DNA from: Lingula anatina | Lineage: Eukaryota > Animalia > Brachiopoda | DNA length: 64,000 nucleotides | Direction of reading: 5' to 3' | Assembly: GCA_051362555.1 (NCBI GenBank) | Contig: CM120642.1 | Span: 33,356,001-33,420,000 of the forward strand | Shown: positions 1 through 14,316 of the stretch, one piece after another | How positions within the stretch are numbered: position 1 is the first letter of the stretch | Layout: every line of letters starts with the position of its first letter | Notes under the pieces: generated by a model | Database searches by the model: none | What the model was told of the DNA's origin: nothing | Seen by the model: only the letters and a program-made list of their open reading frames with translations | Translations under genes and position numbers: made by a program

Positions 1-3000
1 ATGAATGGACAGATAAATCATTATTTGCCGCATTTGAATATTGAAACTGAATCACTAAATTAATACACGAAGAGCAATTTAGATAATGTTGAATGAAACA
101 CATAAAGCTTGTTGTTAATGTCGTAGCCTGTCAGACCCCTCGTAATTAATGTATTAATGAAATACCATTTATTGGCCTGAGTCAAAGTGCTGTGCATATA
201 GCAGCATGTATAGAATTGTCATTAAAATCCTCTGATTATCACTGGGAGTGTGGCTTATTCGAGGTGTCACATGGGAAAGCTGGAATTCTCGTAGCGTTGA
301 GTGTGGGAGAGGCGGCCATTGCTGGGAAACAGGAAAGAGACGGCTGCTGCTACTTGTTGTGTATTTGATAGTTCTGTGTACAGTGTGCAGTGAATTGTGG
401 ACAGTTGTTGCTATGCTTTTGTAAGTGGTCTCTGTGATTGCTGTTTTTAGTGAGTGTGTTGCCAAATAAAATGCTTGGTTATCTTGGAAATTGAAATGTG
501 TCCATCTGTCTTTTTGTTCCTTGAATGCACTGATTTATCATTTTCATTACAAAAATCAGTTTGTGGTTTAAAGCCATTATTGTCATAAATTGATCTGTGT
601 TGAGTATTCATGTCTAAGTTGGAAAAAAATACAATATGAAAATAATCTGAAGTTTTCACTTATAACAGTGTAATATGTTCAGAATCATTCAAACTGAAGA
701 AAAAATTGAATAAAATGATACAAGTTGCAAGTTCTACATATGACCGTACAAGTTTGGACTACAGCTCAGTCCATTAAAGTCTTTGTCTGAACATGGCTGT
801 GATGACAGTACAAGTTTGGACCATGGCTCAGTCTTTTGCAATCTTTGTCTGAACATTGCTGTGCCACGATTGCGAGCAGAATACCAACCAGTCCAATTGT
901 CACGTGGGAAAGTCCCTCAGTTGACACTGTGGGAGAGTGTCTTGACAGCACTAGAATAATGTTATCATGGATTACCTGTAAACTCCTGTAGAATAGAAAC
1001 AAAGCATTCCTATGTGACGGAGAGCCCTAGTCTGTTTAAACTTTATACATAGACTTTGGTGGTCTTCTGTTTATCTGATATTGATATCTGGTGGCGTTGA
1101 AAACATTTATGTTTGAGATAAAAAAAATCTATTTCTCATTACCATTGTAGACAGAAGAGTCAGCTTTATTGTATATGTTTTCACATATTTGTAAGCCATT
1201 TATTGTTTGTCACTATCCAATCAAATATGCATGTCTGTTTAACTTATTTACTACAAAACTTAGTATTTTGAATGAAAAAAAAGGCCATCTTTGGTATATA
1301 GCCAAAGCAGTAGAGTGCAATGGAAGTGAAACTGTGCCTGGAGTAGAAGCAATGATGAAGTTGAGAAATAAGATTTTATTTGGTGAGACCAGAATAGAAT
1401 TGATTTTTCCAGGAAGTCATTACTTGTAGGGCATGGGAAAGTTTGGATTCATCAGTCAGAGGAAGCACACACTGGAATAATGCTTCAACATTGATGTGAG
1501 AATGTTAGATCTGTATTCTCAAGGGAACCGTGAATATTGTGGGAAATTAATGCCAAAATCTGTTTTTTCTCAGTATAACAGTTTATTCACATGTTCATTT
1601 TATGCAGTGCATATGCATATTTATATAGTGCCTTTGATATTTATGTACTTTTTATTTTTACTTGAAGTGCATCACTTTCCAAGACTTAAAAATGGCTCCA
1701 GATGTTAGTGTGGCAGACCTGTGACATACTGAAAATTGTCTGCATGATTATATTATGATATGAAAAGATTTTTTTTCTTGTTATGCTGTTAACATGTTTT
1801 ACCTGGTGGCGGGACGTGCCAAGGAAAAGGGAATTGAGATTTGTTTTGTTGATGCCTAAGTCTGACTAAACTTCTGATAAATTCAAATACTGCAAGTTGT
1901 ATGTGAAATTTTCATTTACAACAAATTATTCTGTTAATAGTTTGTCTGTAATTTTTGTCTGAGTAATTTTTGTCTGTAATTTTTTAGAGAAATTCTGAAA
2001 TGTGCTATTCAAAAGTTTTGAAAATTGTGAGTGTCTGAAATGATAAATCTTAAAAAATTAAAATATTGGGAATAGTGAGTCACTGAGTCAAGCCACTGTC
2101 TTGCCATTTCTTCCTATTTTTTCTTAGAACCCCAAATTATTATTATTATAGTGTACGCGTATAGTATATCTTACAGTTTATTGGTATGCTGTATAATGTG
2201 ACAGGTATGGATTTCTTTTGTGGGGTTCTAAGTATTCATAACTGGAATGAAAATGGGAGTGAGGAAGAAAATTGCCCATGCATCACGATTGTTGTCAGTT
2301 TACGGGTTGCAAGGTGATGATAGAGATGTCAGAAATTGAGAAGTCAACCGTTTCGTAGGTTTTTACTTCAGTAACTCTGAAGTATTTTATTCAATGGAGT
2401 CAGTGACAGTATGGCCTTCCTTGCATGCCTGGATACTCAGGACAACACACTTACTCCTTGCTTAATTGACTTTGGTACAAGATAGCAAGGTGCCTGTCAG
2501 TCAAAGATGTTCTAAGAAAAGACCAGTATGGCCCCTTACTTTGAGAAAGGTTATTTTGGGGGAAATTAGTGCATTAAGATAAATAACATGTCACAGACAC
2601 AGCGTTAAGCAGTTTTACATTACATTCATTCATAAAAAGACTTACAAGTTCGACTGGTTCTTTTTTTTTCACTTATCATCCCACTAAAATTTGTTCAAGA
2701 AAACCTGCTTGCTATGTAAATTCTAGTGTATTGAGGCATGCAGTAACTTAGTACATTACATGAAAGACTGTCATAAAAAATGAAATTAATACTAATTCAT
2801 CTGGAAGAGAAGTAGTCTCCACATTCAGAGTACACAAATGTAAAGTGGAATTCGTACTGGAAGACCCCCTCTCACTCTTTCAGAAGACTTAAGCGTAGGT
2901 GGGGGTACTTCCTCCCAGGTGTTTGCTTTAACTTACGCACCTGTTATTTTCAATTACGTAATGCAGACAGCAACATTAAAAAAGAATTTGATCATTTTTT

Positions 3001-3623
3001 GTGATGTTTGTCCTTTCATCTCCAGTCATGCATTGAAACGGAAGAAATTTCAGTGTAAATGTATCAGATTTTGCAACTGGAGAAATTTAATCGTAATTCC
3101 GATACTCGTCCATTGTTCCCAGCAATATACGGTATAGTCTGATAGCAAGACGTTGGAAAATCTTGTTATACTCGTCACCATTTTGATGTTTCATTTAGCT
3201 TTTGAAAAAAAAGGAGAAAATCCCCCCCTGAGGTAATTCTAGATAGATAAATAGTTATTTTTGGAGAAACCTTTTTTTTGGACCAGTAAGACTAGAATCG
3301 TTTTGATAGGGCTTAATACGTGACACACTGTTCTTTTTGCTTTGAAAGAAGATTTTTAGAATTAAGCTTAACAATGAAAAAAAACCTACGCTTCAAACTT
3401 TCCTGAGGAAGAAGAGAAATTGGAAGACACCATTTCTGCAATGGTATGAAATGCAGTACACTCATCTAATCTGATCCTGCCATTTTGTCTAGCTTGCCTA
3501 TACGATGAAATGAAACTTCATATTATTACTGTAGATATTGATCACAAAATTTGAAATTATCAAACACTGTTGAGAGAAAATTGGTATATATCACACAGTT
3601 TTGGAGGATAACAGAGGCTTACA

Positions 3624-3897
3624 CAGGGGCAGATCAAGGATTATTTGAAGGGGGGTCAAGAACGACAGGCCTCAGATGCAAAGCCAACCATCGCCCCCTT
3701 GGTGTGGGGTTCAATGCCTGCTATAGGGTCACAAAATATTTTAGGTGTTTTGGAGGGCAAACGGTGCCCTTTTGGTACGGTTTAGAACTATGATTCAGCT
3801 AGTCAAAATTCTAATTTCTATAGGGGAATATTGGTGTAGTATATTTTTCAGAAACTGAAAGGGGGTCATGCCCCCCCCCTCTCTAAATCTGCCACTG
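3624..3897. mobile_element. Degenerate non-autonomous DNA transposon (CAGGGGC-ended MITE)
   Basis: Termini CAGGGGCAGAT ... ATCTGCCACTG are imperfect inverted repeats, the same end type as the elements at 29863 and 51603. No clear TSD. Confidence 0.55.
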
Positions 3898-4885
3898 TTT
3901 TCATAAATATTCTCCCGAAAAGACAATGAAACATGGTACAGCAGAAGATTAATAGCCTATTTGTATGATTGCAAGGGAGGGAGTCAATTTTAATTGAACT
4001 CATGGTAATGTTTTTTAATTGTATTTTTATAACAAGAAACATTTTTTTTTACTGCAAGTCCACAGCCGCAGTAGATGAAGACCAAAAAACCAATCTTCTG
4101 AAACAGTTCCATGTAGGAGGAAATAAAAAACTTCAATGTTATTCTAATTATAGTAGCAACACCACATGTCACACACACTTTTATTGAAGAATTCCACAGG
4201 TCTTATTTTTATTTTGATATGTGTGTGCCACCTTGGAGAAATGATCAAAGGGCGGGCGCTGGAAGTGACAGGACGCACGAGGACAGAAGCCGGGAAACTG
4301 GTTACTTTTCTTCACTGTGTGGAAGTGTGGAAGTATGCTTGCAAGATGTTCAAAGCTTTCAAGTACAGAAAGGGGTGTGACTGTATATGTGCAGAGTAAA
4401 TTAAGCATTCAGGCATTCCATTTTGTTTTTTTCTTCTTGCAACCCAAAAGCCTTCAATTTATTGTAGATCAACTTCAAAGCTGATTTATTTTTTATTTTG
4501 GTGGTTACCAAGATCCATTTGTGTATGTGGTATATTCAGAATCAAGATTTGAGAACAATTTCTCCAATATAATAGAGCATTTGATTTATATTGACCAATT
4601 TCTTGCTTTATGACTTATTACACAACAGTCAAAGAAATCCAATTTTTTGTGGAAAAGAGATGGGGCCCAGGTTATGGATCATGACTTTCAAGTCGTCATT
4701 CCTGAGATTGGTAAAAATATTCTTATGGTATAATTTGCAGTTTTCATAATTACCCTCTGTCTTTATGAAATAACTTCCTTATAACAGGTAAATTGCTACC
4801 CACTGCATATGTCCCAGGATTTTCCTTCACTCAAGGGAAATAACTCCTGTGACAGATAAACTGACAACACCTCTGTCTATTCCAG

Positions 4886-5054
4886 GCTACCGTCACTGGC
4901 ATGCCGATCTCCGCATTGATGACACCCCCCTCGAGTCTCTCCTTGGTTTCACCTGCAAGCTGAAGACAGACACGCCTTTCCTGGGGAGAGAGGCTCTGGA
5001 ACGACAGAAGAAAGAAGGAATAAAGAAGAAGATTGCATGCTTCAGTATTGATGA
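4886..5054 (+). CDS. SARDH: Sarcosine dehydrogenase, penultimate coding exon (upstream exons lie outside the window)
   Basis: Translates [56 protein letters not shown], matching the SARDH C-terminal GcvT-like region as I recall it. Acceptor ttccag|G at 4885/4886; donor GA|gtgagt at 5054/5055 (phase 2). Confidence 0.9.
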
Positions 5055-8000
5055 GTGAGTTTGGTCAAAATTTCTCATAATTTCTCTGTGTAAGGATAAT
5101 TGTGAGGTATTTTTTTTGCATATTTTGAAGTTATCTTTTCACAGAATATTTAAAATTATACAGAGTCCTGCATTGGTCATTTTATTTTTAGAAAATCTTA
5201 TTGCAAAGTGCTGAATTTTAGTATGGTGACGTAGATGAGAAGTTAGCATGAAGGAGTCTGATTAAAATTGTATGTTTTGGCACTGAATTGCAGCAATGCA
5301 TGTGCCCGTTTTTTGTGCAAATGAAAACATGTGAGATATTTTACATCATCTGTATCAGTCTCACCATTCCCAAGACTTAATTATTATACTTCAGTTATTA
5401 TTAAGATAAGTTAATTAATTCAGAATATTTTATCCTTTTGAAGTGGATAACGGAATGTATTTCTATCACACTTGTACCGTTATTTTCACTACCTGATTTG
5501 CAAGTTTTCTCAGGGAAATCTGAGCCAAGAGAAATTAAGATAATCCGCCCGGGCTCGGAGAGTGGGGCTGTTGGGTAAATATGGTTAACCAGCGAAAACA
5601 AACAATCCCACGATAACTCAACCTTTTAGTATCATTTTGCATCCAGTAAGCACCAACATCCAGTTGTTTACTAAGTAGATTTTGTGTGCTTAAAAGGCCA
5701 CATTTATTTTGAATATTCCACAGTACTTGCCCAGTTTTGGGTAGTGTTTTCTGTGTAATGGTGGGATGGGTGATGTGAAAGTTCAATCAGCTGAACTTAA
5801 AGGATCAGGAGGTGAAGGACATTAGACTGATGTACACATGACGAAATTTCCACACTTACAAACCCCTACAGGCAAAGTACAATTTTCAAATAATGCAGAC
5901 TGCATTGGAGGTGGTTTTGATGATGTTCAGGTCCTTTTCAAGTTTTTATTCCCTTAATGGAAATAACATGATTCAGGAATTCTGTGTTTCAGACATAATA
6001 TTAATTACATGAATCTCTGGCCTAGGATATGGTCTTTATATTGGTGAAGTGTTGTGATCATTTACTCATTTATATCATTGTTTTAATTGCTGTTTTCTTA
6101 CACTTTATATCCCTTTCTAAACTTAATAAGGAAGACAGGGGCCTAGTTTCTAACAGCTAAAAAATTTGGTTGTTTCACTGGCAAAAAATCTCTAAACAAT
6201 GAAACAGGTTTATTTTTCTGGCAGTGTTAGCAAGACATTCAGATTAAATATTGAATACAGTTGTCAGACTATGTGGTATTTACATACTAATGCATCAGTC
6301 CTGCTAAGCCTTAACAAATTCTTGCGCTTTACCCGCAAATCCATATCTGTTGCCTTCCACTCCCCTTCCCCCTAAAAATAATAATAAATTAATTTGACAT
6401 TTTTGTATAGAAAGTGGACTGTCATCAGCGAGAATTGTACATAGAAAGAAGTGTCCAGTTTAACAGTAGTGACTAAACCTAACTAAATTTGAGCACCCAT
6501 AACTACCATCTTCAGCCATTTAATACCCCAGCAAAAACTATGAAGTGATACCTGCCCCGGGGTTATTACACAAATAAATGGTCACAAATCAGAGACATCT
6601 AATAGCATTTTTACTATTTTAAATTACTCTTTTTTCTCTATGAGCTTGCATCATAAATGCATATAATATCCATTTTTGACAAAAGTTCACTGACATTGTG
6701 CAAAATGAACTTATGTGATGTAAAAATTACAATAGTGTAAATGTAGGTTACCATAAAAAAGGTTAAAGTCAAATGAAGTGAGAAGTTGTTTAAAGTATGT
6801 ATATACTGATGAAGTAAACCTTGATAAAAAAAAAGGTTCAAAGTACTTAAAAAAATCATGCATGACTAGTATTCCAGCCAAAGCACTAAGTTTGTTTTCA
6901 TTCTGAGGGGATACTTCACCAGATATGCCAGTTAATAAATTGGATTATCTACGGAAATATTTGTGGTGTGCGTTCAGCAATGTGGCAACCCAAGGAAAAT
7001 ATTATCTAAAAAAGCAGCCAGACCTCTCTCTATTAGCTCTCTGGGATAAAGCTGGCTCTGTTCTGCATGAGTAACTATCCAAGAATTTATTATAACAAGA
7101 CTAATGTGTCCGTTTTTTATACAGGGACCCTTTTATACTGTTTGACTGCCTGGATGGATGTGGTTAGAATTTAAGTATCACATGGAGTTTACTCACTCCT
7201 CCAGGTATCATTGTCCTGTCTTGTGACCGCTAGTCATGGTCACCCCCTCATTTGACCATTGGAGTCTTATCCACACTGACCACTTTTTAACATATCTGAT
7301 AGATTAAAAGCTTCTTATTTTATCATTAAATTTTTTTCTGTGTGGACATCTGAATGGACAATTTGGTAGTCTTCTCTTTACTTGAATTAATGAGGAAAAA
7401 TTGGTGTGGGCTCCAGTGTTTTTTTTTTTTTTTTTTTTTTAATGAAAAAGAGACCTCCATGTGAATTTTTTTTTTCTTTCATTCATTTTTTGGTGGGGGG
7501 GGGGTTGTTTGATGGGTGTATGTGCTCAACTATACAGTTCTCACTTTATTTCCAGTCATTCTGTCTACATGTACACTCACGTTTGTCAAATTTGACATTA
7601 GTATGAAATTCCACCACCAACTTGAATAAAATACAGTCAGGGCCCTCTCTTTTTTTTCCCACGTCTTAGTTTATTTAGCGCACAAAGCCAAGAGTCCCCA
7701 GTTTATGTACTGTTGGCATACAGCCCCAGGAGGAGATAAATGTTACCAAAATTTAGGACAAAGCTAAGGACTGGTAAAGTATGTGTAGCCGTGTGGTAAG
7801 GTCATGGCTCGAGAGCCGGGTGCACTTCCTGAGGAGTTTGAAACATCTCTCAGGCAAATATGGAGGATAACATGCAGGAGCCAGTGCCACAGTACTTGGA
7901 ATTGAGGAGATTGACCCGGTGAGGTTGAGGGAATTAGGATTTTATGGGGGATGTTAAGGTGAGGTGTGCAAGGAACGGGACACCATTGGTGGAGGATTTT

Positions 8001-9831
8001 GTAAGATTAAGATTTTTCTGATTAAGATAGTGGGTCTGTGTCAAGTGACATTACCAAAGTTTAGAATAACGTTTGGTGAAAAGGCAACAAAAATACTAGC
8101 ACTTTTTTTTTTATTTTTTGAGCTATTATTTTTTTTTTTCAAAAATAATGTCTGTTATGTAAATTTATTGCTTTGAAACCTTTTAATAAGTGGAAGTCTA
8201 CTTGTGTGTGTCTCAACTGCAGAAGTGTAACAAGTGAATGAAGAGGACTTAGTACAGTTCTTTTTTTATACAGCTTGGTATATTTATAACATTGAGGTTA
8301 GTTTCAACATGAAGTGATATGCATTATAAGTGGAGTGGGAATGGAGGCATTGCAATACTATCTCTGTCTGAGAACATTTTCTTGAGAAATGATCATATAA
8401 GCTCAGTTTTAGCAAGAAAGTACTTAAGATCGCGCGTTACCCTTGTTGATTGCTCTCACCTTGGTTTACAGCATGTGTTAAGTTTGATTGTGAACGTTGA
8501 TTACAATCAGTTAGAGTTGATTGCTTTAGTGTTTGCAGATAATATGGTTTGATCTGCAGACAGTACACCAGGTGAAGACTTTGAACTCCGTTCTTTGTGA
8601 ATTAAACCAAAATTTCCATGTGTTTGAACCCCCCAGCGTGTGGGGTCAAACTTAACACTCTTCAGAGTGCATATGCACTCATAGCAACAAATAAGTTTGG
8701 AACATTTCGTGAAAGTTTGACAACTTGAAACTGGAGTCCGTGAGTTCACGCAGACCTGCTAGAGTTGCACCTCAGCATTGTGCACAACCAATATGATTAG
8801 ATAGGTTTATTTCTGGGCCACATGTTTATGAGAAGTGCACTAGTACTTTAGTCAAATATTCTTCCAGGTGAGATCTCTCTGAAGTGCTATTGTGGGGTTT
8901 GGGTTCTGTTTGCCCGGGGGAGTGAACCAGAAGTTCACTAGTGTTCACTTGGCAGCGGAGGTATTCAGCAATGTACTGGTCTCCTTTGTTCATTTGATTT
9001 GAGCTGTTATATAATATAAACTTGTTAAAAGCAACTCTTCTCACTTAAATATATGGATAGTGATTGAATGGGGATTGTAGGAGGAATATGAATTTGAATA
9101 CCTCTGCGTGTGTGCATGTCTGTGTGTATGTGTAGAGAGAGAGGTAACCAGATTTTTTTTCAAATTATGGTGGAGGAGGCAGGGTTTTTGTGGGTTCACA
9201 CAGCAAATTGATAAAACTGACTGCTAAATGTTTTCTTATCTCCAAAATAGGGTAAGAATGCCTGAATGTCCCCCCTCCCCTTTTATGAGTGTGTGTGGGT
9301 TCTGGAATTGAGCAAAAAACAAGCCTGCCTTATAATTACATATACATATGATACAAGCTTTTCATTTATATATATATATATATACAAATGTCTGATAATA
9401 CGATGGTGATGAGCTGTAAAGATAGACGTGAAAATGGTTGATTTGTGGCTGGATTGCAATTGTGCATGTGGTCCCATATTGAAAATGGAGGCAATGGAGT
9501 GTCATTCAAATTATGGTGTATTTGTACTGTGGTGCAGTAGACTGTGATTGGACAGAAAACAAGAAAAATATCCATGGTTGAATTCTGTTGGTTCTATTCA
9601 TTTGGCACACCGTTAGGTAGTCTGCCGTTATTTCAAATTCTGGCCCCACTCTCCTCCAGATTTGTGAAATTTAGCGTGTTTTTTTGGTAAGTTGTGAGAC
9701 TTAAGGCTACCTCAGATGATTTTTAATTCAAGCACGTGGTCCATCCAAACTTGTTTTTTCTGTCTGAATATCCCAGAACTTTTCATCAGTGTATTACCAA
9801 TATATTTTGTTTTAAAATTGTTCCATTTCAG

Positions 9832-10126
9832 CCATGTTCCACTTCATGGTTTGGAGGCCATATGGCGTGATGGGGAAGCAGTCGGATTTCTACGCCGAGC
9901 AGAATATGCCTTCGCCCTGGGCAAGAGCATTGGGTACGGTTACGTGAGATGTCCTGACGGCAGTGCCGTCACCGCTGACTTCATGAAGAGTGGGGTCTAC
10001 ACACTAGAACACATGGGGGCCACATATCCTGCCAAGCTGCATTTGAAGTCGCCCTTTGACCCCCAAAATAAACGGGTTAAAGGAATCTACGATGAACCTT
10101 TGCCCATCCATAAAGTACAGGCATAG
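9832..10126 (+). CDS. SARDH: Sarcosine dehydrogenase, last coding exon
   Basis: Acceptor tttcag|C fits the phase-2 donor at 5054. Translates [38 protein letters not shown]...[28 protein letters not shown], the characteristic SARDH C-terminus. AATAAA near 10960 may be the polyA signal. Confidence 0.92.
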
Positions 10127-13100
10127 AAGATTTGTTAACAATATTTGTTTGTAGTGATAGAAGAAAACTCTGACATTTGGTACAGGGTGTGCATCATGTC
10201 CTGTGGACTTGCTCAAAATTAAATTTACAAAAATTTAGAAATTGCTGCAGGAAAGAAAATCTTGCAGGCTCTTGGTGGTATATCATAATCTGTAGAGTTC
10301 TGAAAGATTTGTCTGGTGATGTCACTGAGGCTTGACCAGGCGTCTTGACCATGGGGAGTAATGTGTACTGGTAATGTTGATTCATCAAAACAGAAAAATT
10401 ACTTATCTAAAAGATGATATGATGCACCTCTTTTGTTTACATGGCTAGTCCCTTATATTTATGTATAAGTCTACCCTTAGCTTGGCTTGGGTACATGTTG
10501 ATGGTTTGTATGGTCATTCTGGTCACAGGGTTCTTTGCACAGTTAAGTTAGGGTCAGAGTAGTGACCAGGGGACAGGCAGACAGACAGACAGACGTTTCC
10601 TCTGCTGGGAAGACGGTGGGTAAGGTTAAGCACTTATTCAGGTGGTTAATATAATTTCTAACCCTGTATCCTATCTATTCTTACAGTTTCTTATTCCTTG
10701 ACAGATGAAAGTTTGGCAAGAAAGCAAGCCATTGCCCACAGCCAAAGACGGTCACACTTTGATTTCTTGCAGATGGAAGTCATGTCACATTCACCAAGTG
10801 TTGAGGCGCTCTCATCTATTTTTTTTTTCATATTTTTATAAGGAATTGCCCTGAGTTTCATAGCACCGACAATCTTCCTTTACGCAACATACGCTTTCCA
10901 AGATAAATGCGGGCCCATGTGATGGAAGTTTTCCGGCAGACGCAGGGTGTTACATGAGAAAATAAACACTTCCTAGGACATGAAAATTTACATGTGTATA
11001 TAGACACGTACATATTCTGAAGTGTAACATTTCAGACATTTTATGCTGGTACTTTGATAAATCTCTGCGTTCTACGATTTAAAGAAATGGTTTCATTTAC
11101 TGTCTGCCGTCTGTCTCTCTTTTTTCCTTTTTTTTTTCAAAATTGCGGAAGGTGCCCTCGTCTTCTCTGATGTTGAGTCGAGGCCTCAAATAGCATTTGA
11201 CACATTTCAAAGCATAAAAATGGCCAATTTTTCAAACGTTTTGCACACAAAACTTCCACCCCCACTAGTGGCCGCTTCTGTCTTTCGTGTCACGTGACAC
11301 CTCGCTTGCAGACGACATCATCTGTAAATTCTAATCTTTGCATTCGGCCTGGAAATTAGGCTAGACGACCCAGTTGTTGAACTTGATAACCGAAATTTTC
11401 AGTCTCGGAGCTGGAGCTAAGGCCAGGGTAGCAATTATTTTTGGGTGAGATGCGGGGATGTCCTGGCGAGACCCCTGTCACCCCGAGAGGCGCATCAAAC
11501 CTGGCCGCGTTCAGACAACTCCCGGAGAGGACCGCGTGCTCCTAGATCGCACATGTACGAAGATCGGGGTCTGCCGCATGCTTGTATTGGGTGGAATGTG
11601 GCGTTTTCTCTCTCTCTCACACACACATACACACACACAGGTCTAAGAGGCTTAGGGTAAAGCTTAGTTTAAGAAACACAGTAGGGTTTGATATCATACC
11701 AAACTGTTCGACCGTTATGTACGCAATTAACATAGATATTTAAATTCATATCCATTGATCAGTAGCGGAGAAGTTGTATTTTTGTAGAGAATGTTGCAGT
11801 TATTTTTCTTAATGATGTGAAGTTACTTCTAATCAGATTTTGCGCAAATTATGTGACAATATATGTATTTATTGAAAAGAAAATTAGTCCAGGTGTAAAT
11901 TATGATGAAAATTATAATAAATTCCTGTACGGTAGTCATAAGATATTTGAATATTGCATATTATTGTAAAACCAATGTATAGTGTGTTTATTGTACATTT
12001 ACAGATGACATGATTTATGCATAGAAATTATTTTAGTCATATTGACATTTCACAATCGATGCTCAAATCGTACGCCGAAGGGGCCTTTTTTTCGTGTCCG
12101 GCAGTCTTTACAATCGGCACGTTCCTGTTATACCAAACACTTTGTTCTGCTATATAATTACCAGAAATGTTGAAGAATATATGAAAATACAAATAAATTT
12201 TGTCTGTTATTTTCCAATGTACAGTGAACCTCTTGTGAATTTTGGAAAGTTTTAAAATCTGCAACTGCACGTGCGTACGGGGCCGCAAGCGGAAACGCAG
12301 CAGACGATCAGTTAAATAATGTCAGAACACTTGAGATGGTATTACATCATTTGCCTCACCAAAATGTGCAAAGAGGACGTTATTATGTCAGACAGAAAAG
12401 TAAAACCTGTACGATCGACTTGGCAATTACTTCACTAAGGATATCCGTACTATGGCGAAATGTACAAAGCCAATTCAAGCAGCGAGCAGTTAATTGAAGC
12501 CCAAGAAACGCAATGACTTCCATTCGGTGATATCGAACTATAAATAATTTTCTTTTGAGAAATATAAAGAAAAACAGTGAAAATTAATCCGGATTCATTT
12601 CGAATCCGCTGTCAAATCCGACTGTAACAAAATAAAGGCGAAGAGAGATTAAAAAAGAAAAGGAAAAATTAACGTTCTTGTTACTAGTGTTCATCTCTGA
12701 GCATGACTGTTTATACTAGAGCCTCGAGGATCCAGCAGTCGTCCCAACTCGGTTAGCAGACGACCAAAACGTTCGACCAGGTAGATGACTTTCTGAGGAG
12801 ATGTAGATCTCAGGGCGGAGGGCGGGAACACAGCCATCTTTGGGCCTCGGGGCCTAAATTCCTTATATAGGTCGTCTGATAGCACCAGTTGGTCAGATTT
12901 TCAATCCAAGTCGGGACTCGTATAAACGGACGAATGGGTTGAAAGGTGAGCTGTACCTGTTCACCTGTGTGTGAACGACCCGTCTCTCAGAGGGTGGGCC
13001 GGTCAGGAGACGCTGCAGAGGTCACCTTGGAGAAGTCTCGCGTATCAGGTGAATGTTCCACGAAAAATATCATTCCCGAATTATCTTGTGGTTAAAAAAT

Positions 13101-13785
13101 AATAAGATATGGTAACGAAAACAGGCAGTATTTGAAGTCTTTTTTTTTTTTTTTTACATTTTAATGCCAAGAGTTGAATTTTAATGTGTCGACAGAACGC
13201 GTTGCTGGGAACTTGAGGTCAACTTTGATTAAAAATGAATAGAATTGCTATCAAAGAGCACAGCCGTCGCGAAGTATTCTTTTACACCGACCACCATCGA
13301 GAACACAAAGACGACCTTCTATGTATCCGCCATTGTGTAAAGGTGACAGAATTCACACGGTTTATGCCAATTATCGTAAATACCATTATATAATACAAAA
13401 ACATCGATTAGGATTATTTGGATTCGAGTCGTAGGTTTAGTTGTTTGTGAAAACTAGAGATTAAAACCATGACCTTAGATTGATCCCCTAAGCCGGTTGT
13501 AATCTGACGTGATCTGATTTCGGCGAATATGAAAGACGCTGGTGGGAATACGAAGAAAAAATGAGCGAAACTATACACTTGATATTTTACTGCTTTTTAC
13601 AAATCTTGTCACCCTCACGATGTTAACTTGATTTATCAATTAGTGGTTGAGCAATTGGTGTTTCATTTTTTTTTTAATTTTGCAGAACATGTCAGATTTT
13701 TTTCCTTTATAATAGTAAAAAAAATCGAGATATAAATAAAAAAAGGTACCCTCCGTTTGCCGTGACAGAGATATTTCCACAGCTC

Positions 13786-13857
13786 TGCCGTGACCAGGAT
13801 TCGAACCTGGGTTGTCTCGGCCACAACGAGAAGTACTAACCACTATACGATCACGGC
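13786..13857 (-). tRNA. tRNA-His (GTG)
   Basis: Minus strand GCCGTGATCGTATAGTGGTTAGTACTTCTCGTTGTGGCCGAGACAACCCAGGTTCGAATCCTGGTCACGGCA folds as a full cloverleaf with A and B boxes and anticodon GTG. T-run terminator ~40 nt downstream. Confidence 0.96.
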
Positions 13858-14316
13858 TGCTACAGGAGGATGCTGGCGAGTGGATTAAGAGCGCACTCAG
13901 AGCAAGTTAATCCGCGGGCTGTTAGAAATCGGATTAAATATGGATTAGGCGGCTTATTTTTAAGTGGAATCGACCATATTTAGTCCCCGAATCATCTGTT
14001 CTGAATGCGCTGTTAAGTGATATTTTCAGGATAGGTCAGAAGTCGACTGGTTTTAATGAGATTAGATTTTAATGATTACCCATTTATTTATAAATGGTAA
14101 ATTATTAGCAATCATAATTCTTGGCTGAAGTCTGCGTGCTACGTATGTTTTTTTTTTTTTTTTTTTTGTTCCTGTTGTTCTCTATCCCTGTAACAATATG
14201 TTAGTGACAATAAAACAGATAACCCTAAAAATATCTTCACAAAAATGAACCTTGAAACTTTCAAAATTGGGAAAAATTACCCTCCGTTTGCCGTGACAGA
14301 GATAGTTCCACAGCTC

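Noticed and set aside
746-865. ~62-bp imperfect tandem duplication (GTACAAGTTTGGAC...TCTTTGTCTGAACAT)
   Set aside because: Two diverged intronic copies only; an ordinary local duplication with no sign of function.
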